DNA from: Bdellovibrionales bacterium
GTDB taxonomy: Bacteria; Bdellovibrionota; Bdellovibrionia; Bdellovibrionales; UBA1609
Assembly: GCA_027317865.1 (NCBI GenBank)
Contig: DAHVQG010000006.1
Span: 64,001 to 128,000, forward strand
Length of the DNA: 64,000 nucleotides
Direction: 5' to 3'
Shown here: positions 1 to 9,928 of the stretch, piece by piece
How the letters are laid out: every line of letters begins with the position of its first letter
How positions within the stretch are numbered: position 1 is the first letter of the stretch
The notes under the pieces: model-generated
What the model saw: the letters and a program-made list of their open reading frames with translations, nothing else
What the model was told of the DNA's origin: nothing
Database searches by the model: none
Position numbers and translations under genes: made by a program

Positions 1-570
1 GGCAAAACCGGGAACGTCTTTAGCCACAATAAATGTTTTACCCATCACTTCAGCGAGTTGTTTAACTTGGTTAAAAGTTTCGTCGGAGGTTTGAAGACCA
101 CGAATCAGTTCCACCAATTTCATCAACGGCACGGGATTCATAAAATGCATGCCCGCCACTTGCGTCGGTCGCGAGGTGACGCTGGCCAGTTTGGTCAACG
201 AAATTGACGACGTGTTTGAGCAAAACAGCGTTTTTGGCGAGCAGACCTGATCAAGGTCTTTAAAAATTTTAAGTTTCAAATCCAAATTTTCAGGCGCCGC
301 TTCAATAACGACGTCGGCGTCGCTAAGTGCTTTGAGATCGCGCGTATGCCCGATACGCGATAAAATTTTTGGTTTTTCATCCGCCGAAAGTTCGCCTTTT
401 TTGATAAGGCGATCGAGACTTGACTCAATCGTTTTCACGCCTTTTTTAAGGGACTCATCCGACACATCGGTCATTGTGACTTGCAGCCCCTTTGTCGCCG
501 CCACCTGAGCTATTCCATTGCCCATTTGACCAGCCCCAACCACTCCAATACTTTTCATTGTCGCCGTCAT
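1..570 (-). CDS. hbd: 3-hydroxybutyryl-CoA / 3-hydroxyacyl-CoA dehydrogenase (N-terminal part; runs off window start)
   Basis: Not in the ORF track. Manual translation gives MTATMKSIGVVGAGQMGNGIAQVAA...EAAPENLDLK...SNTSSIS...GMHFMNPVPLMKLVE...KDVPGF, with the Rossmann GxGxxG and family motifs. Confidence 0.9.
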   Translation of the reverse strand, partial: MTATMKSIGVVGAGQMGNGIAQVAATKGLQVTMTDVSDESLKKGVKTIESSLDRLIKKGELSADEKPKILSRIGHTRDLKALSDADVVIEAAPENLDLKLKIFKDLDQVCSPKTLFCSNTSSISLTKLASVTSRPTQVAGMHFMNPVPLMKLVELIRGLQTSDETFNQVKQLAEVMGKTFIVAKDVPGFA

Positions 571-638
571 TTTGAAAGCTCCTTTTTATGCAATTCATCA
601 CGCTAACAGGCGGCTAAAGCGGCGTCCAGATGCAAAGC

Positions 639-666
639 GTGACGGACCGGGTTTTTTAGGTATAAT
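639..666 (+). promoter_or_regulatory. Putative sigma70-type promoter for the gspE operon
   Basis: GTGACG-N16-TATAAT; perfect -10 at 661-666, 7 nt before ATG 674. Confidence 0.45.
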
Positions 667-673
667 AAATTCT

Positions 674-2371
674 ATGTCAGGATCGCCCCTCGACGCGTTG
701 ATCGTAAAAGGAACTTCGATCAGCACGGATGAATTAAATACTCTCCTTAAGATGCCCGATCATCGCGGCGAAGCCATTGAACACGTGTTTAAAAATCGCC
801 TTTATACGTCGGCCGAAGATGCCTTGGCGGATCTCAGTAAAGCCATTGGCTCCGAATTTCTGAAGGATATACCGTTCAACGATATACCGGTTGATTTGGT
901 TCGCGATATCCCGATCAATTATGCAAAAAATCACGAAGTACTTCCGTTTAAGCTCGAAAACGACAAAGTGGTGGTCCTGACTACGAATCCGCTTAACAAT
1001 CGCGCGCTCACCGATATGCGGGTATTGTTCAACAAGAAGGTCCAGCCGATTTTGACCACTAGCATGAAATTACAAGATGCGATCAATCGGGTTTATGAAA
1101 AAAGCACGGCGGCGCTCGAAGGTCTCGACGAAATTGAAGGTGAAGAATATGACCTTGACGACCCGGTTATCGATCTTCTCGAAGCCGGTGATGACGAAGC
1201 GCCGGTCATTAAACTTGTCAATACCCTGCTCTTTCGCGCGGTCAAAGAAAAAGCTTCGGATATTCACATCGAACCGTATGAAAAAGACATGGTCGTGCGG
1301 TTTCGCATCGACGGTATTTTGTTCGATATTTTTCGGCCGCCCAAAAAACTGCAAAACGCCATTACTTCGCGTATCAAAGTCATGGGCAATTTGAATATTG
1401 CCGAAAAACGCCTCCCGCAAGACGGCCGCATCCCGCTCAAATTGGCCGGCAAAGATATTGATGTGCGTCTATCAACGGTGCCGACTGCTTTCGGGGAGCG
1501 AATTGTTCTGCGTTTACAAGACCGTTCTAACGTTGTTCTCGAACTTGAGCAGCTCGGTTTTAATCAAAAAAGTTTGCTCAAAATCAACGGCCTTTTACAA
1601 AACACGTACGGGATCATTCTTGTCACCGGCCCAACCGGTTCCGGTAAATCAACAACTTTGTACGCGGCGCTATCGAAGATCAACAGCGTCGACAAAAATA
1701 TCATAACGGTCGAAGACCCGGTCGAACAAAGGATTCACGGCGTCGGCCAAATTCAGGTCAATTCAAAAATTGGCCTTACCTTTGCCAACGGATTGCGTTC
1801 GATTTTACGTCAAGACCCAGACATTATCATGATCGGTGAAATTCGCGACCTTGAAACAGCGGAAATCGCCATCAATGCGTCATTAACCGGTCACTTGGTG
1901 CTCTCGACCATTCACACGAACGATTCGGCTGGGGTGTTCCCGCGTTTGATGGACATGGGTTGCGAGCCGTTTCTTATTGCAACTTCACTTTTAGGAGTTT
2001 TAGCCCAGCGGCTCGTGCGCATTTTGTGCTCGCATTGCAAAGAGCTTTACACTCCCACAGATGAAGAATTGGCGAGTCTTGAAATGCCGCGGGACCGCTT
2101 AAAAAACGGCCAGTGCTACCGGGCCGTCGGCTGCAACGAATGCAACCAAAAAGGTTACATCGGCCGAACCGTTATTCAAGAACTGCTCATGGTAAACGAG
2201 GATATTCGAAGCCTAATTATGCAACGGCAAGACGCGGGCACCATTAAAAAAGCCGCGCTGAAATTTGGCATGGAGACAATGCGTGATCACGGCATTCAAA
2301 AAGTCGTGGCGGGCGTCACCACCATCGAAGAAGTGCTATCGAATACTCAACTCGACGACCAAGTGATGTGA
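674..2371 (+). CDS. gspE: Type II secretion ATPase GspE
   Basis: Walker A GPTGSGKS, TVEDPVE, LRQDPD, HTND and CxxC zinc motifs; first gene of the gsp cluster. Start moved to ATG 674 (ORF track starts at 572). Confidence 0.95.
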   Translation: MSGSPLDALIVKGTSISTDELNTLLKMPDHRGEAIEHVFKNRLYTSAEDALADLSKAIGSEFLKDIPFNDIPVDLVRDIPINYAKNHEVLPFKLENDKVVVLTTNPLNNRALTDMRVLFNKKVQPILTTSMKLQDAINRVYEKSTAALEGLDEIEGEEYDLDDPVIDLLEAGDDEAPVIKLVNTLLFRAVKEKASDIHIEPYEKDMVVRFRIDGILFDIFRPPKKLQNAITSRIKVMGNLNIAEKRLPQDGRIPLKLAGKDIDVRLSTVPTAFGERIVLRLQDRSNVVLELEQLGFNQKSLLKINGLLQNTYGIILVTGPTGSGKSTTLYAALSKINSVDKNIITVEDPVEQRIHGVGQIQVNSKIGLTFANGLRSILRQDPDIIMIGEIRDLETAEIAINASLTGHLVLSTIHTNDSAGVFPRLMDMGCEPFLIATSLLGVLAQRLVRILCSHCKELYTPTDEELASLEMPRDRLKNGQCYRAVGCNECNQKGYIGRTVIQELLMVNEDIRSLIMQRQDAGTIKKAALKFGMETMRDHGIQKVVAGVTTIEEVLSNTQLDDQVM

Positions 2372-2381
2372 GGCGAGCGTC

Positions 2382-3605
2382 ATGCCGATTTTTGAATATC
2401 GCGGTTTGAACAAACAAGGCCGAAACATCAAGGGCACGATCGACTCGGACAGTGCACGAACGGCGCGCGCCAAATTAAAAAAAGACGGTGTTTACGTCGT
2501 TAATTTGGCGGACAAGACCAAAACTGCAAAAAAAGTTAAGGGAACGGGTCAACGCTCCACGCGCGGGGTCAGCGTTCAAGATCTTTCGATGATGACCCGC
2601 CAGCTCGCAACTCTGCTTAAAGCCAACGTACCACTCGTTGAAAGTTTGTCGGCTGTTGCCGAGCAAGTGCAAAACGTTACTCTGTCTGAAGCCATATCGG
2701 ACATAAAAAATATGGTGAATGAGGGGGCAACACTTCATAAGTCGATTGCGAAATACCCGAAGATTTTCAACAAAATTTATATTTCGATGTGCGAAGCGGG
2801 TGAAACCTCCGGCACCCTTGACGTTATATTGGTAAGATTGGCCGAGTTTACAGAAGCGCAATCGGCTCTCACCTCGAAAATTCGCGGCGCCATGGTGTAC
2901 CCCGTATTGATGATGTTTGTGTCGTCAGGACTTTTGGCCATTTTGTTTACGTTCGTCATTCCTAAAGTTATGTCGATTTTTCAATCTGAGCCGTCTCTTG
3001 TTTTGCCGTGGTACAGCGTCATGGTTTTTGCCATCAGCAATTTTATGCTCCAGTACTGGTATGTCGTCGTGATTGCCATCGGCCTCTTCATCTTTATATT
3101 TCTCGCCTGGAAGCGTTCACCAGGAGGTTCGATACAATGGGATGCGATTTCTCTTAAATTCCCAATTTTCGGCAAGATCAAACGCACGGTTGCCGTGTCT
3201 CGCTTTACGCGTACTCTCGGCACTCTCCTCGCTGGAGGGGTGCCAATGCTCGGCGCAATGGGTATTGTTCGAAACGTTGTCAACAATGAAGTTATCGCGC
3301 GAGCCGTAGACGAAGCGCGCGACAATATCAGCGAGGGTGAGTCAATCGCCGGGCCGCTCAAAAAATCAGGACAATTTCCGCCGCTTGTGATTCACATGAT
3401 CAATATCGGCGAAAAGACCGGGGAGCTTGAAACCATGTTGACGCAAGTGAGTGATTCGTACGACTTTCAAGTTAAAGTTGAAGTAGAAGCGCTGGCTTCG
3501 CTCATGGAACCGCTCATGATCGTCATCATGGGCGGTTTAATAGCGTTGATCGTTTTCTCAATTATGATGCCCATGTTTCAACTCTTGAATTTGGGCGGTA
3601 GCTAG
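2382..3605 (+). CDS. gspF: Type II secretion inner-membrane platform protein GspF
   Basis: MPIFEYRG start, AGETSGTLD and IGEKTGELE repeats, three TM segments. Confidence 0.95.
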   Translation: MPIFEYRGLNKQGRNIKGTIDSDSARTARAKLKKDGVYVVNLADKTKTAKKVKGTGQRSTRGVSVQDLSMMTRQLATLLKANVPLVESLSAVAEQVQNVTLSEAISDIKNMVNEGATLHKSIAKYPKIFNKIYISMCEAGETSGTLDVILVRLAEFTEAQSALTSKIRGAMVYPVLMMFVSSGLLAILFTFVIPKVMSIFQSEPSLVLPWYSVMVFAISNFMLQYWYVVVIAIGLFIFIFLAWKRSPGGSIQWDAISLKFPIFGKIKRTVAVSRFTRTLGTLLAGGVPMLGAMGIVRNVVNNEVIARAVDEARDNISEGESIAGPLKKSGQFPPLVIHMINIGEKTGELETMLTQVSDSYDFQVKVEVEALASLMEPLMIVIMGGLIALIVFSIMMPMFQLLNLGGS

Positions 3606-3654
3606 ATTAAATTGAAGAAATCAACTGACGAGTCATCAGACAAAGGGATAACCA

Positions 3655-4113
3655 ATGATTACGGCGCTAAAAAATCGGCTCAAAAATAAAATGAAAATCA
3701 GCCTCAAAGACGATAAGGGTATGACGCTTCTTGAAATCATGATTGTCGTCATTATCTTGGCAAGTCTCATGGCAATTCTTGGCCGCAACGTTTTGAACCA
3801 TTTTCGCGATGCAAAGGTAAAAGAAGCTAAAATTCAAATCGGTGGAATAGAAAAAGCTCTCGATATGTACTACACCGACTGTGGTCATTATCCGACAACG
3901 TCGCAAGGTCTCGCGGCGCTTGCGCCTGGTGGGGCATCGACGTGTAAAAACTGGGGACCCGACCCATATTTAAATAAAGTTCCAACTGACCCGTGGGGCA
4001 ACCCGTTTGTGTATACTTCAGAAAATGGCAACTATATCCTCAAATCTCTTGGGTCCGATGGCAAACCGGGTGGCACGGGCGATGCCGCGGATATCAGCAG
4101 TCAAAATCTCTAG
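3655..4113 (+). CDS. gspG: Major pseudopilin GspG
   Basis: Prepilin motif G|MTLLE, YPTTSQGL, GPDPYL..VPTDPWGNPF, SLGSDGKPGG. Confidence 0.95.
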   Translation: MITALKNRLKNKMKISLKDDKGMTLLEIMIVVIILASLMAILGRNVLNHFRDAKVKEAKIQIGGIEKALDMYYTDCGHYPTTSQGLAALAPGGASTCKNWGPDPYLNKVPTDPWGNPFVYTSENGNYILKSLGSDGKPGGTGDAADISSQNL

Positions 4114-4762
4114 GGGTCAACCTAGCGCCGCACGATGCGGTTTCACGCTTTTAGAACTGATGATCGCCATTACTATAGTGGCGTTCGTCATCGCAGTTGT
4201 TCTCCCCCACATTGATAGCCGCAATAATGAAATACGCTCGGCCATCCGGCATCTCGCGGTTTTGAGCCGCGAATTGCGATTTCGTGCAAAATTGCAAAAC
4301 GCAACCTATCGCCTTGTCATCGACATGGAGAAAAATAGCAAAGGGCAAACCGTCGACAGCTATTGGGTCGAACGGGCAAGCGGAAGTATTTTGAACGATT
4401 ACAATCCTCGATCGCCGCCGAAAAATCCCGCGCAAATGGCGGCCGCTCAAAAAGAAGCGAAAAGTAATGATGAAAAAATCCCGCAATCGCGCTTCACCGT
4501 GGCTCACGGGATTATGCGAAAACCGATTGTTCTACCGGACGGCCTTGTTTTCGACAGCGTGGAGCTTGAAAATCTAAATGATCCGGTCACAAAAGGCGTT
4601 GTGTACATTTATTTTTTGCCTAGCGGTTTTGCCGACGAGTCCGCTATTCACATAAGTTACGGCAAACATCTTCATTGGACCCTGATTACTTTGCCGTTTA
4701 CAGGCCGAATGGTGATACTCCCCGAAAAGCGTATGCTTAAAAATTTGGGGAACGCGATATGA
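4082..4762 (+). CDS. gspH: Minor pseudopilin GspH
   Basis: G|FTLLE prepilin motif, position after gspG. Likely start ATG 4082 overlapping the gspG end. Confidence 0.8.
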   Translation: MPRISAVKISRGQPSAARCGFTLLELMIAITIVAFVIAVVLPHIDSRNNEIRSAIRHLAVLSRELRFRAKLQNATYRLVIDMEKNSKGQTVDSYWVERASGSILNDYNPRSPPKNPAQMAAAQKEAKSNDEKIPQSRFTVAHGIMRKPIVLPDGLVFDSVELENLNDPVTKGVVYIYFLPSGFADESAIHISYGKHLHWTLITLPFTGRMVILPEKRMLKNLGNAI

Positions 4763-5244
4763 GGGGGTTTACGCTTCTTGAAGTTCTTGTCGCGCTCATC
4801 ATCACCGTTGCGGCCGCATTTCTGTTGTCGACAGCATGGAGCGGCAACCTGGCACGAGTACGAAAAACGACGATGTACAACAACGTCGCGCAACTACTGC
4901 AAAGAAAAATTGCTGAAATCAACGCTGAAAACAGCACAAAGCAGTTTAGTGAACTTGTCGATATCCATAAAGAAGGCGACTTCGGCAAACGGTACCCGCA
5001 ATACCGCTGGTCGTTCAAAACGCAGAAATTAACACCACCCGATTTAGGAGGCATTCTGGCCAGCCAAAAAGGCGGTGCCAATCAGATGCTGCTCACGATG
5101 CTTTCAAAAATGCAACAGATTATGCATCAATCGATTCTCGAAGCGACAGTTACTGTTTACGTTAAAATGCGCAACAAAGAATTTCCGTACTCAGTGACGT
5201 ATTACATCGTCAACTACAACGCTCCCATTAATATAGGTATTTGA
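4759..5244 (+). CDS. gspI: Minor pseudopilin GspI
   Basis: MRG|FTLLEVLVAL, EGDFG motif, operon position. Confidence 0.8.
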   Translation: MRGFTLLEVLVALIITVAAAFLLSTAWSGNLARVRKTTMYNNVAQLLQRKIAEINAENSTKQFSELVDIHKEGDFGKRYPQYRWSFKTQKLTPPDLGGILASQKGGANQMLLTMLSKMQQIMHQSILEATVTVYVKMRNKEFPYSVTYYIVNYNAPINIGI

Positions 5245-5245
5245 A

Positions 5246-6142
5246 GTGAGAAAAAACGACGGGGGGTTTACCCTACTTGAAATTATGATCGCCACAGTCA
5301 TCATGGCGTTTCTCACGATTTTTACCGCTCATATGATTTCAGAGGGTGTGTATGCTCGCTCCAAAATTGAGGGCAATATCGACCGCGAGACCGCACTCCA
5401 CGACGCGCTCGCACTCATGCAACAGGATATTGAAAAAGCATTCAACTATCGCGACTTATACGTCGAATTGTACAACCAAGCGCAACGAGACCGGCAACAA
5501 GGGGCGCAAGTACCGCAAAATCCGGCGCAGACGCTTCCTGGGCAACCTCCCGCCCAACCTCCGCCGGCGACAGCCAACCAATTCCCTTTAGAACAAGAAA
5601 AAATATATACCGAGTTTAAAGGTGGACATCACACGCTCAATTTTGATTCGCTCAATAATTTTCGCAGCCAAAAAAACGAACAGGTAAGCGATCAATGCGA
5701 AATCGGCTATTACGTCGCATCTTGCGTAAGTCTTGAACATCCTCATGAAAACATCCAATGTTTATGGCGCCGGGTTAGCCCTTATATTACGAACAATGTG
5801 AAAGAGGGCGGTCATGCCACTCCGATTCTTGAAGACGTAAAAAGTTTGCGGTTCCGCTATCTCGGGTATGGACATGTTCATCACTGGATTGGTACGTGGA
5901 ATAACGTCACCGGCGAAACCGACATGCGGGGGCGATTGCCTATGGCCGTCGAAGCAACGGTTTCAATTTACGATCGCCGCTTTCATCCGCCGCATACAAT
6001 CGCAATGACAATAGTCGCAATGCCATATTTTTTAAATAATCCCCCCGCAAATGAAAATCCGACGGGCGTTGCGACGCCGGCTACACCACCTGGTACCGTT
6101 CCGCCGACAAACGGTGCTGCACCAGGTTTTGGAGGATATTAG
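5246..6142 (+). CDS. gspJ: Minor pseudopilin GspJ
   Basis: G|FTLLE, EIGYYV, LWRRV, LPMAVE-type C-terminal motif, operon position. Confidence 0.8.
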   Translation: MRKNDGGFTLLEIMIATVIMAFLTIFTAHMISEGVYARSKIEGNIDRETALHDALALMQQDIEKAFNYRDLYVELYNQAQRDRQQGAQVPQNPAQTLPGQPPAQPPPATANQFPLEQEKIYTEFKGGHHTLNFDSLNNFRSQKNEQVSDQCEIGYYVASCVSLEHPHENIQCLWRRVSPYITNNVKEGGHATPILEDVKSLRFRYLGYGHVHHWIGTWNNVTGETDMRGRLPMAVEATVSIYDRRFHPPHTIAMTIVAMPYFLNNPPANENPTGVATPATPPGTVPPTNGAAPGFGGY

Positions 6143-6148
6143 ACGAAT

Positions 6149-7435
6149 ATGAAATCCTTATTTCGTAAAATATCAAGTGCCGACTCATTTCGTATTCTGC
6201 GCACACGTCGCGGCCAATCCATGCTTATTGCTATTTTTGCGATGATTTTAACCGTTACGATCGCCGTCGAAGTTTCGTACGACACGACCGTTGGGTATGT
6301 GCAAGCGGCGCAACAGATCAACCGACTCAAAGCGTACTATGCTGCTAAATCGGGAATCGATCTCAGTCTTTTTCGCATTTTAATCTACCGCAAAGTTGTT
6401 GCCCAATACGGTCAACAGCTCAGCAGTGAACGCGCACTTATGGACATGATTTGGCAAATGCCGTTTTCTTGGCCGCCGGTTGTACCGTCGTCAGTTCCGG
6501 GGCCCGTGCGCAGCAGTATTAAGGCGGCGGTTAAGCATTCTGCAATGCACGCGCAGTATTACGCAACCATAAAAAATGAGGGGGCAAGAATCGATATCAA
6601 CGCCCTCGGTTGCGGCAACGAAGCTATCGTCGACGCCACTCGCGGTCAACTTCTGAATTTGTTTTACAATGCTATGAAAACCGACCCGGAGTTCAAGCGA
6701 AAATACGAAAACTACAATTTCAGCAAACTGATCGACAACATTGAAGACTGGGTGAGCCCTGGGGATCAAAGCGTCGAAGGCGGCGATAAAACGTCAAAGT
6801 ATAAACAGCCCGAAGACGTAGAAAACTATCATTTGCCGCCAGACGCTCCATTTAAGACGCTCAGCGAACTCCACATGGTCGCGGGCATGAAAGACGATTT
6901 TTACAATATCCTTAAACATCGTGTGACGATTTACGGTACATTCGGAATTAACGTTAATTATGCCAATGCCGCAATTTTAGAATCGCTCGATCCGCAAATT
7001 ACAAAAGAAATTGCCGATAAAATTATTGCACGCCGAACGGACCCCAATTTGGGTGGACCATATCAAAATGCCAACGACTTTTATTCCTATTTGCAAAAAC
7101 TGGGTGTAACCACTACCGCATTAGAAAATAACCACGTGCCGCTCCAATTTGGAACACCCGAAAATTTTAGAATCACAAGTATCGGTACGTATCGAAATGT
7201 TGTACAGAAGATCGACGTGATCACTTACGACCTGGATGCCGTAGCAAGCCGATACGCAACCATACTGAATCAAAATGCCGCTGCGGCGAATGGTCAAAAT
7301 CCTTACAACACGCCGGCAAATTCCACTCCACAAAACGGCACCAACCCGTCACAACCGCCGCCGCAGACACCTGCGACTCCAACGCCGCAAGAACCCATCG
7401 GCAAACCGCGAATCGTGATGTGGAAAGTGTCCTAG
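6149..7435 (+). CDS. gspK: Minor pseudopilin GspK
   Basis: RRGQSMLI N-terminus, AYYAAKSGI, EGARIDINAL, IEDW, APFKTLSELHMVAGM, INVNYA. Confidence 0.88.
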   Translation: MKSLFRKISSADSFRILRTRRGQSMLIAIFAMILTVTIAVEVSYDTTVGYVQAAQQINRLKAYYAAKSGIDLSLFRILIYRKVVAQYGQQLSSERALMDMIWQMPFSWPPVVPSSVPGPVRSSIKAAVKHSAMHAQYYATIKNEGARIDINALGCGNEAIVDATRGQLLNLFYNAMKTDPEFKRKYENYNFSKLIDNIEDWVSPGDQSVEGGDKTSKYKQPEDVENYHLPPDAPFKTLSELHMVAGMKDDFYNILKHRVTIYGTFGINVNYANAAILESLDPQITKEIADKIIARRTDPNLGGPYQNANDFYSYLQKLGVTTTALENNHVPLQFGTPENFRITSIGTYRNVVQKIDVITYDLDAVASRYATILNQNAAAANGQNPYNTPANSTPQNGTNPSQPPPQTPATPTPQEPIGKPRIVMWKVS

Positions 7436-7557
7436 TACGGGAACTTAAGTTTAATGCCCCTAGACTTACATCCTGGAATTTGACGCATTCTTATTTTTAC
7501 TGGTTTATTCATCATTTACGATTACTCACAAGGTGAAGAAAAAGGTAATTTAGTATC

Positions 7558-9234
7558 ATGATCAGTGTTGGCATCGACATCGGTAGCTTCAGCGTCAAAG
7601 TTGCCAAAGTTCGTTCTGCAAGTAGAGGCTACGAGCTCGTGGCCACTTCGCAATATCCTTTAAGCCAAGATCCGAACAAAGACACACAAATAGAACTCAT
7701 TGAAATCATTCGTGACATACAAGCGCGATACATCGAGACCGGCGCCTCCATCGTCATTGGCGCACACCAATATGAAGTCAGTTGGCGAAGGCGCGAATTT
7801 CCGTTTAAAGAGCGCCACAAAATTTTGAAAAGTTTGCCTTTTGAACTTGAGGACGATGTTCCTTTTTCATCTGAAAATTCAGTTTTCGACGCCAAGATCA
7901 CCCATACGATTGGCAATAAAGCATCGGTGCTTGCAGTGGCATGCCCAAAAGAACATTTGATCCAGACACTCAAACGCGTTGAAGATATCGGTCTGTCCGC
8001 CGACATTGTAAGCGTCGACGGATTTGCCTTTGCTAATCTTTTCGAAGAATGGCGAGAAGCCCCGTGGTCATACCCGCTAACAGCGGCAACCGAACCTGAA
8101 ACCCCCGAACCCACGCCCGTTGACCTCGCGCTCAATATCGGACATCGCTCCTCAACGATCGCGGTCATAAAAGACGGCTACTTGCTTGATTTGCGTCACA
8201 TCGACTGGGGTGGCCGCGATTTGGCTGAACTCATCGCCCAACGCTACAATATGCCGTATCTCGAAGCGCTGAAAGAATTGAAACGAAAAGCATTTATACT
8301 TATGAACAACGAGGGTGCCAGTCGCGAACAAGTGGCGCTGTCTGAAGTCATAAAGTCGGGTGTTGATTCGTTCGCGCAGAAATTGCAATTGGCTCTTCTT
8401 GAACTCAAAAGCCTTTACAAAATTCAGTACCGCCAGGGTATTTTAGTCGGCGGAACGGCCCAATTGCGAAATTTAGGCCCGTATCTCACCCAAAGACTCG
8501 ACGTCGCGATGAACCGGCTCGCGCGACTCGATATGATTCCACAAATAGATTTTGGTCAAAGTCCGAATTCTGAAGTTGCGCTTGTCACGGCAATTGGTCT
8601 CGCCATTGAGGGAATTAAACGACCAAAGAACCCGCCGCTTAATTTGCGCAGGGGCGAATTTGCCAGACAAAGTCAGTCTTTTCAGATTTACTGGGAACGA
8701 TGGGGGCACGCAACAAAAGTTGTTGTGGCTATGTTTCTCGTTTTGTGTGTGTGGGGATATTTAAGAGACAATTTCACGTCCTCCAACGTCGATGCCAGTT
8801 CCGAAGCGCTCAGTACTCAGGCCCAAAATATTCTTGGCGCTCAAGGCATGGTGGTTAACCGGCCAAACGTTGATAAGTTTGTTTATGAGCAAACCGAGAA
8901 AGCCAAATTGCTCAAAATGCTTACCAGCATTAAAAACATGGATTCGGCTTTAGATGTCATGACAAGGTTAACGGCGATCGCGCCGCTCCAGAGGATGTAT
9001 GGTCCGAAGCATAACTGGACAGGCCTTAATATTACACATCTTAAAATCAACGGTGAAATGGTAGATATCGCGGGTAATGCCGCTAACGAATCGATTATAT
9101 TGCATCTTGAACGCGTTTTGAAAACACTTGCCAGCGACGGGCATATCAGCAAAGTTTCAACATCTTCGGTTAACAAAAATCATTATCTTGCATTTGGCTA
9201 TCGCCTGCGTATTGCGCGAAAGGCAGGTGGCTGA
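7558..9234 (+). CDS. gspL: GspL / PilM-like protein (actin-fold cytoplasmic domain + TM + PilN-like periplasmic domain)
   Basis: VGIDIGSFSVK actin-like start, LPFELED, LVGGTAQL, AIGLA, LNLRRGEF then one TM; follows gspK. Confidence 0.8.
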   Translation: MISVGIDIGSFSVKVAKVRSASRGYELVATSQYPLSQDPNKDTQIELIEIIRDIQARYIETGASIVIGAHQYEVSWRRREFPFKERHKILKSLPFELEDDVPFSSENSVFDAKITHTIGNKASVLAVACPKEHLIQTLKRVEDIGLSADIVSVDGFAFANLFEEWREAPWSYPLTAATEPETPEPTPVDLALNIGHRSSTIAVIKDGYLLDLRHIDWGGRDLAELIAQRYNMPYLEALKELKRKAFILMNNEGASREQVALSEVIKSGVDSFAQKLQLALLELKSLYKIQYRQGILVGGTAQLRNLGPYLTQRLDVAMNRLARLDMIPQIDFGQSPNSEVALVTAIGLAIEGIKRPKNPPLNLRRGEFARQSQSFQIYWERWGHATKVVVAMFLVLCVWGYLRDNFTSSNVDASSEALSTQAQNILGAQGMVVNRPNVDKFVYEQTEKAKLLKMLTSIKNMDSALDVMTRLTAIAPLQRMYGPKHNWTGLNITHLKINGEMVDIAGNAANESIILHLERVLKTLASDGHISKVSTSSVNKNHYLAFGYRLRIARKAGG

Positions 9235-9919
9235 CTTGACCATAGACGACATAAAAGAAGAACTTAAAGAAAACTGGATCGAACTTTGGGGGCGTATTCA
9301 AGACTCCCCCGCCTACAACAACTTACGTGAACAGTATGAAAATTTGTCGCCCAATGCCCAACGCATTTTAATTGTGGGCGCGGCCGCTTTTATCGTTTTT
9401 ATCTTCGCCATGATCCCCTATTCTTATTTTTCAAGTTCGTTTAGCAGCGACGCCCATTACGTGTCGAACCGAAATCTCATTCGCAAACTGTTGCGCGCGA
9501 ACCAGCTGGCTAGCGAATCAGAAAGCATGCCTAAAACCGTCGATGCCGACACGCTCAAAACAAAAATCACCGATATGCTCGCCCATTATCCCCTGCTACC
9601 TGAACAAAACGGCGGCATTGTGACTATTCCGCCGGATGATCTTGGGCCAGGAGTTGCCGTCCGCCGGCTGCGCGTTTCGGGCGTTGGGGTGAAACTTAAA
9701 AAATTGAATCTCAAACAAATCGTCGAAATCGGATATGAACTTGAAAGTCAGAATCCAAATGTGAAACTCGCCGGGATCGACATGACGGCGGATCGCACGA
9801 ATACTCATTATTTTGACGTGCTCTTTAAATTGGCCGTTTACAATTTGCCTTCCGCATTCGAGGCCTCATCAACAAAGAAAAGCGACAGCGCGACCGAGCC
9901 CCCAACCACGACGGAGTAA
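9227..9919 (+). CDS. gspM: GspM-like T2SS protein
   Basis: YENLSPNAQRIL then a TM and a ferredoxin-like C-terminus; operon position. Likely GTG start at 9227. Confidence 0.65.
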   Translation: MADLTIDDIKEELKENWIELWGRIQDSPAYNNLREQYENLSPNAQRILIVGAAAFIVFIFAMIPYSYFSSSFSSDAHYVSNRNLIRKLLRANQLASESESMPKTVDADTLKTKITDMLAHYPLLPEQNGGIVTIPPDDLGPGVAVRRLRVSGVGVKLKKLNLKQIVEIGYELESQNPNVKLAGIDMTADRTNTHYFDVLFKLAVYNLPSAFEASSTKKSDSATEPPTTTE

Positions 9920-9928
9920 AAGAAAATT

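Noticed and set aside
572-673. 34-aa N-terminal extension of GspE in the ORF track
   Set aside because: It starts 2 nt from the divergent gene's start and spans the probable promoter; ATG 674 fits better.
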